Of a DNA stretch of 32,000 nucleotides, positions 24,043 through 31,055 are shown in pieces. Numbering within the stretch: the first letter of the stretch is position 1; each line of letters starts with the position of its first letter. The translations under genes were made by a program, and so were the position numbers. The DNA comes from Clostridiales bacterium (GTDB taxonomy: Bacteria; Bacillota; Clostridia; Oscillospirales; Oscillospiraceae), in contig SFFE01000011.1 in assembly GCA_004556965.1 (NCBI GenBank), forward strand, positions 6,394-38,393, written 5' to 3'. The notes under the pieces were generated by a model, which had not been told where the DNA came from, did not search any database, and worked only from the letters and a program-made list of their open reading frames with translations.

Positions 24043-25011
24043 ATGAACCGAAAAGAACGGACGCTGCGCGCCCTCCAGGGGCTTCCTGTGGACCGGCCTC
24101 CCATGGCTTTCTGGCACCATTTTGTGGGAGCAGACATGGAAAAGGAGAATTTCGCTGCTTCTCATGTCCGTTTTTACCGCGAAACAGGGGAAGATTTTAT
24201 CAAAATGATGTGCGACGGCTATGTGGCGCTGCCGGACCTGACCGTGCGGCAGCCCTCCGATTGGTTGCATATCCGTCTGCCGAAGCTGTCGGATCCCTTT
24301 GTTCAGGAACAGATCGTCCATATCAAGCGGGTGCGGGAAGCCATTGCCGATGAGACGGCCGTGTTTTATAACATGTTCAACACGGTGTCCACGCTGCGCA
24401 GCTCCACCAGCGACGAACTGGTGTATGCGCATCTTCAGGAGCGGAACCCCGAACTGTTTGCCGCGATCGACGCCGTGAACCAGTTTAAAATGGAATTCGC
24501 CCAGAAGCTGGTCGAGGACGCCGGCGTGACCGGGCTTTTCCTCCCGATGCAAAACAACGACCTCCATTCGTTCACGGGCGACTGCTATCAGGAGCTGCTC
24601 CGCCCCTATGACCGGAAGCTGATCGAGTATGCGAATACTCTGTCTCCCTATAATATTATCCATCTCTGCGGCTATTGGGGCGTCCGCAACGATCTGGACA
24701 ACTGGAAAGACTTCCCCGGCGCCGCCATTCATTGGGACGTGCATACCGACCGCCTCTCTCTGGCGGAAGGCAGGGCGTTCTTCACCCATAAGAAAGCGGT
24801 CATGGGCGGCTTCAACAATAAGGAAGGAAGCCTGATCTACACCGGCGACCGGGAAGCGGTCATGGCCGAGACTGTGGACATTGTCAGAAAAGCCGGGCCC
24901 ACGGGTCTCATCATCAGCTCGGACTGCTCGCTGCTGGAGACCATCGACCATCGCCGGGTCCACTGGGTCGCCGAAGCTTTGGACACGCTCATTTCGCAGG
25001 AGCACACTTGA
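24043..25011 (+). CDS. Uroporphyrinogen decarboxylase (URO-D) family protein, possibly an MtaA/CmuA-like methyltransferase
   Basis: 322 aa. N-terminus MNRKERTLRALQGLPVDRPPMAFWHHF and the overall pattern are typical of the URO-D family. The substrate cannot be inferred. Confidence 0.8.
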   Translation: MNRKERTLRALQGLPVDRPPMAFWHHFVGADMEKENFAASHVRFYRETGEDFIKMMCDGYVALPDLTVRQPSDWLHIRLPKLSDPFVQEQIVHIKRVREAIADETAVFYNMFNTVSTLRSSTSDELVYAHLQERNPELFAAIDAVNQFKMEFAQKLVEDAGVTGLFLPMQNNDLHSFTGDCYQELLRPYDRKLIEYANTLSPYNIIHLCGYWGVRNDLDNWKDFPGAAIHWDVHTDRLSLAEGRAFFTHKKAVMGGFNNKEGSLIYTGDREAVMAETVDIVRKAGPTGLIISSDCSLLETIDHRRVHWVAEALDTLISQEHT

Positions 25012-25040
25012 ATATCCGGGCGGGAGTCGCCGCCTGCTCC

Positions 25041-25081
25041 AAACCGTCTCCGGTGAGCATGTCTCACCGGAGGCGGTTTTT
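25041..25081 (+). terminator. Intrinsic terminator
   Basis: 17-bp stem AAACCGTCTCCGGTGAG/CTCACCGGAGGCGGTTT (one mismatch) followed by a T-run. Confidence 0.8.
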
Positions 25082-25146
25082 GCGTCGGGAACGCCCCGCG
25101 CGCGAAAGAAGGAAGCATAAAGTTGATAAAAAGTGGAAGATAAGGC

Positions 25147-25175
25147 TTGACAAACTATCTAAATGCGTATAATAT
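25147..25175 (+). promoter_or_regulatory. Promoter for the small Cys-rich protein gene
   Basis: TTGACA (25147-25152) followed by TATAATAT (25168-25175). The spacer is 15-17 nt depending on register. Confidence 0.55.
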
Positions 25176-25221
25176 AGCATTAAAATTATTCAAACGAATA
25201 ATTTTGAAAGGAGGAAGTACG

Positions 25222-25470
25222 ATGGAACTGCGTTTTCCGGAGCACCCGGATGTGGCGCTGGCGCTGCGCGGGGGCAGTCCGGTGTGCGCGCGGGCGCGGC
25301 AGCTTCGGTGCAGTGCGTGCGGCGCGCCGCTGGAGCCGTGGGAGGAGGCGTATCTGTGGAGCGTCGGACGCCGGCGCGAGCCGGTCTGCGGAGACTGCTT
25401 CGATCTGCTGCTGGCCGCGCTGGACCGCCGGGAACAGGCGAGAATGCTGGGGGTGGAGGTGCTGCAATAG
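25222..25470 (+). CDS. Hypothetical 82-aa protein with two CxxC pairs (zinc-ribbon-like)
   Basis: AAAGGAGGAA lies 6 nt before ATG 25222. CSAC ... CGDC. Confidence 0.6.
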   Translation: MELRFPEHPDVALALRGGSPVCARARQLRCSACGAPLEPWEEAYLWSVGRRREPVCGDCFDLLLAALDRREQARMLGVEVLQ

Positions 25471-25499
25471 GGGGGATGCGGACAATTGGGCGTCAGCCT

Positions 25500-25865
25500 T
25501 TACGGACGACGGCGCGCTCGTGTGAAATTTTCAAACCTGTGCTGGGCGGCACAGAGTAACTTTGAAACGATTGGCTGATAGATCCAATTGATGAGATGCG
25601 ACGTTACAACAGACAGCACCAACATCAATGCAAAAATCGGAATCGGATATTTTGCCACAAATACGAGGTTGGGAAATAATACGAGATAGTAGAACATATG
25701 AACGAGCCAAATATTTGTTGAGTGTTTGCCGAAGAAGGAAAACAGCTTTTTTGCCCATAGCGGTTTATCCCAGAGATAGAAACAGGTCAGTGTTAGAATG
25801 CCGGTGATTGGTGCGATAATCAATGACTTTATGACGCAATGGACGAGGAACAGCGCGGCTGGCAA
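25500..25865 (-). pseudogene. Truncated acyltransferase-3 (OafA-like) family gene, only about the last 100 codons, in an AT-rich island
   Basis: FGKHSTNIWLVHMFYY... TM-rich C-terminal pattern of acyltransferase_3 proteins (normally about 350 aa). The composition of about 25555-25845 is much more AT-rich than the flanks. No RBS. Confidence 0.5.
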
Positions 25866-25882
25866 TATATATATATATATAT
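25865..25882. repeat. (AT)9 dinucleotide microsatellite
   Basis: atatatatatatatatat read directly from the sequence. Confidence 0.95.
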
Positions 25883-25971
25883 GGGCGGTTATTCCAGACG
25901 CGGCCTCCGAGCTGGTTGAGCCGTGCTCTCAGTAAAGCGGCATTTCACCTGTCCAAAGGACGGATTTCACG

Positions 25972-25999
25972 AAAAAAACACGCCGAAGCGTGTTTTTTT
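25972..25999 (-). terminator. Terminator of the tRNA operon (bidirectional A7/T7-flanked hairpin)
   Basis: AAAAAAACACGC-CGAA-GCGTGTTTTTTT. Confidence 0.7.
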
Positions 26000-26000
26000 C

Positions 26001-26085
26001 TGGTGGGGGAAGATGGATTCGAACCATCGAAGGCATTGCCAGCAGATTTACAGTCTGTCCCCTTTGGCCACTCGGGAATTCCCCC
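26001..26085 (-). tRNA. tRNA-Tyr (anticodon GTA), class II with a long variable arm and encoded CCA
   Basis: GGGGGAATTCCCGAGTGGCCAAAGGGGACAGACTGTAAATCTGCTGGCAATGCCTTCGATGGTTCGAATCCATCTTCCCCCACCA. It is close to canonical bacterial tRNA-Tyr. Confidence 0.95.
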
Positions 26086-26117
26086 ATATGAACTTGTGGT
26101 GTTGCTGTGCCGCATTT

Positions 26118-26230
26118 CTCGCGGCGCGACCCAACGAAGTGGTCGTGACGCGAAAAGGAAGACGGAAGGAGCGGATGTGGAGCTTTCGGCTCCCAGCCGG
26201 AAGCGCAACGCAGCGAGTTTCGTCTGACGT
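26118..26230. repeat. Copy B of the dispersed structured element, inside the 166-nt tRNA-Thr/tRNA-Tyr spacer
   Basis: The + strand aligns to the reverse complement of 16933-17047 (shared GCGAAAAGGAAGA, GGAGCG, TCTGACGTG). Hairpin stems differ by compensatory changes. Confidence 0.6.
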
Positions 26231-26251
26231 GAAGCGCGCCCATTCCGACGC

Positions 26252-26327
26252 TGGAGCTGGTAGACGGACTCGAACCCCCGACCTGCTGATTACAAATCAG
26301 CTGCTCTACCAACTGAGCTATACCAGC
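26252..26327 (-). tRNA. tRNA-Thr (anticodon TGT), encoded CCA
   Basis: GCTGGTATAGCTCAGTTGGTAGAGCAGCTGATTTGTAATCAGCAGGTCGGGGGTTCGAGTCCGTCTACCAGCTCCA. My fold gives one G-G mismatch in the T-stem. Confidence 0.88.
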
Positions 26328-26344
26328 ACAACACCGGCCTAGAT

Positions 26345-26373
26345 ATAATAGCAAACCGCCTTTTGTTTGTCAA
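26345..26373 (-). promoter_or_regulatory. Promoter of the tRNA operon with an AT-rich UP-like element
   Basis: Minus strand reads TTGACA, 17 nt spacer, TATTAT, preceded by AAAAATTTTT. Confidence 0.75.
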
Positions 26374-26429
26374 CAAAAATTTTTGAAGAATTTCAGTGGA
26401 TCCTGCGGGGACTTTATGGAGGAGAAACC

Positions 26430-26645
26430 ATGAACTTAGAAGAACTTTCAAAACAGTACCGGGACAGCGGCACAGCCTGCCGCGTACGCGCCGAGCAGCT
26501 CCAACGCGAGCTTCGCACGGCGCGCCTGAACGAGCACGGCAAGCACGCGCTGCGCGTGCGTATCATGCATCTGGAGGACATGGCCACGGCCACGCTCTCG
26601 ACCGCGAATTTTCTCGCGCGCTACTACGACCGGACGCGGAGCTGA
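26430..26645 (+). CDS. Hypothetical 71-aa helical protein
   Basis: GGAGGAGAAACC-ATG at 26430. MNLEELSKQYRDSGTACRVRAEQLQRELRTARL... I recognise no family. Confidence 0.55.
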   Translation: MNLEELSKQYRDSGTACRVRAEQLQRELRTARLNEHGKHALRVRIMHLEDMATATLSTANFLARYYDRTRS

Positions 26646-26653
26646 CAGGGGGT

Positions 26654-26682
26654 TTGCGTCGGCGCGGATCGTGTGGTATACT
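26654..26682 (+). promoter_or_regulatory. Promoter placing the transcription start at or next to the GH25 ATG (possible leaderless mRNA)
   Basis: TTGCGT (26654-26659), 17 nt spacer, TG-g-TATACT (26677-26682). ATG at 26689. Confidence 0.5.
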
Positions 26683-26688
26683 GTCGAT

Positions 26689-27549
26689 ATGAAACAGATT
26701 CACAGACAATGCAGACAAGGACTCGCCCTGCTGCTGGCGCTGGCCCTGTGCGTGGCCCTGTGCGGCTGTAGACGCGAGGAGCCGGACCCGCACGCGGGCA
26801 TGGTCGAGGTGTTCAACGGCGCGGCGAACGACTGGATTACCCCGAAACCGGCGGTACCCGTGAGCGCACTGACGCAGGCGGACTTCTCCCTGGACGGCGA
26901 AGTGGTGCGCTACGGCGGCACGGCCTGCCGTGCGGCGCAGGGCGTGGACGTGTCGTACTATCAGGGGGAGATCGACTGGGCGGCGGTCGCGGCCTCGGGC
27001 GTGGAATTCGCCATGATCCGCGCGGGCTACCGCGGCTACACCGACGGCGGCATCACCGAGGATGAGCGCTTCCGGGAAAACGCGCAGGGCGCGCTGAACG
27101 CAGGGCTGCGCGTCGGGCTGTATTTCTTCTCGCAGGCGGTCACGGTCGAGGAGGCCGAGATTGAGGCGCGCTGGCTGCTGGATGCGGCGAAGGACTTCAA
27201 AATCACCCTGCCGCTGGTGTTCGACTGGGAGCCGATCGGCGGCGTGTCGGGCGAGATCCGCACGGACGGCATGACCGGCGCGGAGACCACTGCGTGCGCC
27301 AGGGCGTTCTGCGAGATCATCGCCGGGGCGGGCTACGAGCCGTGCATTTATTTTTCCCGCTGGCAGGGATATTATGATTACGACCTGTCGCAGCTCACGG
27401 ACTACACCTTCTGGGTCAGCGGCACGGGCGCGTGGGACGATTTTTACTATGCGCACACCTTCTGGCAATATACCTTTAACGGTACGGTGGACGGCATTGC
27501 CACGGCGGTGGACCGGAATATCTGGTATATCCCGATCACGTCGGGATGA
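26689..27549 (+). CDS. Lipoprotein GH25 muramidase (lysozyme)
   Basis: Lipobox ALCGC. GVDVSYYQGEIDW...EFAMIRAGYRG...GLYFFS...VFDWE are GH25 motifs. No SD precedes ATG 26689. Confidence 0.88.
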   Translation: MKQIHRQCRQGLALLLALALCVALCGCRREEPDPHAGMVEVFNGAANDWITPKPAVPVSALTQADFSLDGEVVRYGGTACRAAQGVDVSYYQGEIDWAAVAASGVEFAMIRAGYRGYTDGGITEDERFRENAQGALNAGLRVGLYFFSQAVTVEEAEIEARWLLDAAKDFKITLPLVFDWEPIGGVSGEIRTDGMTGAETTACARAFCEIIAGAGYEPCIYFSRWQGYYDYDLSQLTDYTFWVSGTGAWDDFYYAHTFWQYTFNGTVDGIATAVDRNIWYIPITSG

Positions 27550-27561
27550 CAGCCCGCTGAG

Positions 27562-27592
27562 TCTGTCAAAAAAGCAAAGCTTTTTTGACAGA
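27562..27592 (+). terminator. Perfect 14-bp AT-rich hairpin after the GH25 gene
   Basis: TCTGTCAAAAAAGC-AAA-GCTTTTTTGACAGA. No trailing U-tract. Confidence 0.5.
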
Positions 27593-27810
27593 GTAGGATT
27601 GCGGCCTGCTGCAGCGCACTCGCTGTCCGCCAAAGGCGGCCAACTCGCACGTTTGCAGGCCGAGCAGTATTTTCTCCGCCGCACATGTCGCCGGAGAAAA
27701 TGATTGAATTTTCTTTCACCGCTCCGGCGGTGAAACTCTACGAGGTCTTTTGACAAGCTGGGCTGGATGACGGCCCGCTTCCACACAGACACATATAATA
27801 AGGAGTTCCT

Positions 27811-29634
27811 ATGAAAAAGACATTCCTCAGCCTTCTGTTGATCTTCAGCCTGCTGCTGACGCTTGCGCCAGGCGCGTTTGCCGCGTCGAACCGGGTGGAG
27901 GTGACCTCCGCCGCGGCGATGGCGGAGCAGCTTGCGCAGCCTGCAGCAGTGCCGCAGCGCAGCCGCGCGAGAAGCGCCGCGCCGACGCAGACGGAGCATG
28001 CCGCGCGCGTGCTGCTCTTTGCCGACGCGCTGCCCGACGACTGCGGCGCGCAGCGCGTGCTGCACTACGCGGCGTGGCGCGAGTTCGTGCTCGAATTCGC
28101 CTCGGAGCTTGCGGCGCGCGGTGCATATGAGACGCTCACCGAAACATATGGTATCACCGACTGCTGGCTGGACACGGCGCTCGACGGCGCGGAGGTTTTT
28201 GCGGACACCGACGCCTGCACCTCCTGGGGCGGCGCGGTGATGGGGCTGGACACGCTGAAGTCGCAGGCCGGGCGCTACGTGCCGGAGAGCCGCCGCATCA
28301 CGGTCGCGGTGATCGACACCGGCGCGGATCTGACCATCCCGGCGCTTCAGGCGCGGACGGTTTCGCCGTCCAGCTATGACTTCGTGGACGGCACGTCCGC
28401 CGTCACGGACATCACGACCGGCAGCTCCGCCGGCCACGGCACCAAGGTGGCGAGCCTGCTTGCCGACCTGACGCCGGAGAACGTGGAGCTGATGATTCTG
28501 CGCGTGTTCAGCGAGGAGACGGGCAAGGCGCAGAGCACCACGGTGCTCACGGCACTGCAGTACGCGCTGGAGGCGGGTGCGGACGTCGTCAACCTGAGTC
28601 TCGGCTGGACGAACGCGGACGTCAATCCGGAAAAATACACATTTCTGAATACGGTGCTGGACAAAGCTTACAGCACGGGCGTGCCGGTGATCTGCGCGGC
28701 GGGCAACAACAAGGTCGATGTGCGAACCGTCTACCCCGCGAACTACAGCACGACCATCGCGGTTTCGGCGTTTGACCAGAGCGGAACGTTTGCCGACTCG
28801 TACTCCAACTACGGGCCGGACATCGATTTCTCCGCGCCGGGTACGGCCGTTCAGACCGCCGCGCCCGGCGGCGGCACCGCCACGACAAGCGGCACCTCGC
28901 TCGCCGCGCCGCACATCACGGCGGCCGCGGCGGCCATCCTGCTGGCCGAGCCGGATGCCTCGGCTTCGCAGGTGTATCAGACGCTGCGGACTTATTCCAG
29001 AGATCTCGGCATTACGGGCAAGGACAATCTCTACGGCTGGGGCTGCCCGGTGATGACGGACTATTTCCACAACGTGCTGTGCCCGGCGCTGGCGTTCTCG
29101 GATATGCCGGCGTTTACCGAGTGGTCGCACGCGGGCATTGACTATTGCCTGGAGCACGATCTGCTGCAGGGACTGCCGGGCGCGATTCTGGACCCCGGCG
29201 GCACGACGACGCGCGCGCAGTTTGTCACGATGCTCTGGCGGCTGGCGGGCGAGCCGGAGCCGCACCGTGCGGCGGGCTTCACCGATCTGACGCAGGACTG
29301 GTACCGCGCCGCGGTCGCGTGGGCGGTGGAAACCGGCGTGACGAACGGCATGTCGGAGACGGCGTTCAACCCGGGCGGCGCGGTCACGCGCGAGCAGATG
29401 GCGGCGTTCCTGTACCGCTATGTGCACGTCGCATCGGCGGCGGACGAAACGGTGCTGGAGCAGTTCCCGGATGCGGCGGAGGTCTTCGCCTACGCGCGCC
29501 CGGCGCTCGCGTGGGCGTGCACGGAGGGGCTGATTCAGGGCGTCGGCTCGGATGCGGGCGTTTATCTGCAGCCGAAGGGCAGCGCCACGCGCGCGCAGGT
29601 CGCAACGCTGCTGATGCGCTTTGCTCAGAAATAG
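27811..29634 (+). CDS. SLH-anchored subtilisin-like (S8) serine protease
   Basis: 607 aa. Signal peptide ...LAPGAFA. Catalytic triad motifs VAVIDTGAD, GHGTKVASL and SGTSLAAPHI. Three C-terminal SLH motifs. AAGGAG lies 6 nt before the ATG. Confidence 0.92.
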   Translation: MKKTFLSLLLIFSLLLTLAPGAFAASNRVEVTSAAAMAEQLAQPAAVPQRSRARSAAPTQTEHAARVLLFADALPDDCGAQRVLHYAAWREFVLEFASELAARGAYETLTETYGITDCWLDTALDGAEVFADTDACTSWGGAVMGLDTLKSQAGRYVPESRRITVAVIDTGADLTIPALQARTVSPSSYDFVDGTSAVTDITTGSSAGHGTKVASLLADLTPENVELMILRVFSEETGKAQSTTVLTALQYALEAGADVVNLSLGWTNADVNPEKYTFLNTVLDKAYSTGVPVICAAGNNKVDVRTVYPANYSTTIAVSAFDQSGTFADSYSNYGPDIDFSAPGTAVQTAAPGGGTATTSGTSLAAPHITAAAAAILLAEPDASASQVYQTLRTYSRDLGITGKDNLYGWGCPVMTDYFHNVLCPALAFSDMPAFTEWSHAGIDYCLEHDLLQGLPGAILDPGGTTTRAQFVTMLWRLAGEPEPHRAAGFTDLTQDWYRAAVAWAVETGVTNGMSETAFNPGGAVTREQMAAFLYRYVHVASAADETVLEQFPDAAEVFAYARPALAWACTEGLIQGVGSDAGVYLQPKGSATRAQVATLLMRFAQK

Positions 29635-29745
29635 CTTGCTCCATTCCGGTTCCGGCCAAGGCCGAAACCTCCATATGGTCCAGACCACGCTCTCTTGCCG
29701 CTGCGCGGCAATTCACCTTGTCCGCGCCTTCGATTCTCCTGAACA
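29625..29745. repeat. Copy D (more diverged) of the dispersed element, in the 3' UTR of the S8 protease gene
   Basis: GCTCCATTCCG (29638-29648), hairpin TTCCGGCC-AA-GGCCGAA, then CTCCATAT. A second hairpin GCGCGG/CCGCGC lies at 29703-29727. Boundaries are approximate. Confidence 0.4.
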
Positions 29746-29768
29746 AAACCGAAACGTGTTTCGGTTTT
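29745..29768 (+). terminator. Terminator of the S8 protease transcript
   Basis: AAAACCGAAAC-GT-GTTTCGGTTTT. Confidence 0.6.
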
Positions 29769-29880
29769 GAAAGGACGAGCAGCGGAATGAATGCGCTTTC
29801 CCGCTTGTCGGGGAAGCAAATGATAGGGAGCTTGTGAGGACGTGCGGCATTGATTTTGAGAAAAGGACGGTGACAATCCG

Positions 29881-30537
29881 ATGAACCGGGAACGGCTGCG
29901 CCGCTGGCGGGAGATGCTGCTGAGCGACTTCTCCTGGAAGCGGCTGGGACTGATTCTGCTGGGGACGGCCATCGCGTCCTTTGGCATTTACAACATCCAT
30001 CAGCAGACGAACATCACCGAGGGCGGCGTGCTGGGTCTGCTGCTGCTTCTGAACCACTGGTTCGGCGTCTCTCCCGCGATCCTCACACCCATTCTGGACC
30101 TTGCCTGCTACGCGCTTGCGCTGCGGTATCTGGGCGGTACGTTTTTGAAGTGGTCGCTTGTGTCCACGTTCAGCCTCGCGGGCTTTTTCAAGCTGTGGGA
30201 GCAGTTCCCGCGCGTGCTGCCGGATCTGTCGGCCTGGCCGCTGGCGGCGGCCGTGCTGGGCGGATTGTTCGTCGGTGTGGGCGTGGGACTGGTGGTGCGG
30301 CAGGGCGGCTCCAGCGGCGGTGACGATGCGCTGGCGCTGACCATCGCGCATGTGACGCACTGGCGCATCTCGCGCGCGTATCTCGTCACGGACCTCACCG
30401 TGCTCGCGCTCTCGCTGAGCTACATCCCGGTGCGGCGCATCGTCTATTCGCTCGTGACGGTGACGGTGTCGTCGCTGGTGATCGAGCTGGTGCAGAATGT
30501 CGGCCGGAGGAAGGAGCCGGAGACGGCTGCGGAGTGA
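29881..30537 (+). CDS. YitT-family integral membrane protein
   Basis: 218 aa. Multiple TM helices and the GGSSGGDDALAL motif typical of YitT/DUF161 membrane domains. Confidence 0.8.
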   Translation: MNRERLRRWREMLLSDFSWKRLGLILLGTAIASFGIYNIHQQTNITEGGVLGLLLLLNHWFGVSPAILTPILDLACYALALRYLGGTFLKWSLVSTFSLAGFFKLWEQFPRVLPDLSAWPLAAAVLGGLFVGVGVGLVVRQGGSSGGDDALALTIAHVTHWRISRAYLVTDLTVLALSLSYIPVRRIVYSLVTVTVSSLVIELVQNVGRRKEPETAAE

Positions 30538-30561
30538 CGGCGGATATGAGCATGCAAAACG

Positions 30562-30607
30562 GCCCGGAGCCGCGTTCCATTTGGAACGCGGCTCCGGGCT
30601 GTTTTTT
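30562..30607. terminator. Bidirectional terminator between convergent genes
   Basis: 18-bp stem GCCCGGAGCCGCGTTCCA/TGGAACGCGGCTCCGGGC followed by T6. Confidence 0.8.
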
Positions 30608-30620
30608 GTGTTTTGTGTGC

Positions 30621-31019
30621 TTATTCCTCCGGGGTGTCGTCCGCCGTGACCTCCTCGAACTCGACCTCGATGCCCTGCTCCTTCATCGCGGCGCGCAGCT
30701 CGTCGATCTGGCGCTCCTTCTCGGCGACGCGCTCGTTCGCCTGCGTGATTTCGTCGCAAAGCTGCGCCATGAAGGCGTCGGCATCGTCGCGGTACTGCTC
30801 GTAATAGAGCTTGCCGATCTCGGCGTAGGCTTTCTGGATGTTTTCCAGCTCGGCGTTGGCCTCGACGGTGAGCTTCGCCATCTTTCCGGCGTACTTCGCG
30901 CGCTCGCTCACGGCGTCCACCGCGTCCGAGACCTTGTCCTTCAGCTCGGCATAGCCGGGGATGCCGGTGACGGTGTCTTTGACCTTCTGCTTCAGATCCT
31001 GATAGTTGAACCCTGCCAT
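30621..31019 (-). CDS. Hypothetical 132-aa coiled-coil protein with an acidic C-terminus
   Basis: AAGGAGG lies 7 nt before ATG 31019 (MAGFNYQDLKQKV...). It sits 36 nt downstream of lgt, so it is probably co-transcribed. Confidence 0.65.
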   Translation of the reverse strand: MAGFNYQDLKQKVKDTVTGIPGYAELKDKVSDAVDAVSERAKYAGKMAKLTVEANAELENIQKAYAEIGKLYYEQYRDDADAFMAQLCDEITQANERVAEKERQIDELRAAMKEQGIEVEFEEVTADDTPEE

Positions 31020-31055
31020 GGTTTGTACCTCCTTATGTGGCTGCATACATGCAGA

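Noticed and set aside
23893-24046. 50-codon uORF in the URO-D leader
   Set aside because: There is no SD and no recognisable peptide features. It is kept only as a note within the leader finding.
25090-25120. Possible partial copy of the dispersed element (GCGCGAAAGAAGGAAGC)
   Set aside because: Only about 17 nt of purine-rich similarity with no flanking hairpin modules. This is too short to distinguish from chance.
26563-29688. 1041-aa minus-strand ORF spanning the GH25 and S8 loci
   Set aside because: It is a shadow ORF crossing two well-supported + strand genes and their intergenic terminators. It has no RBS or motifs.
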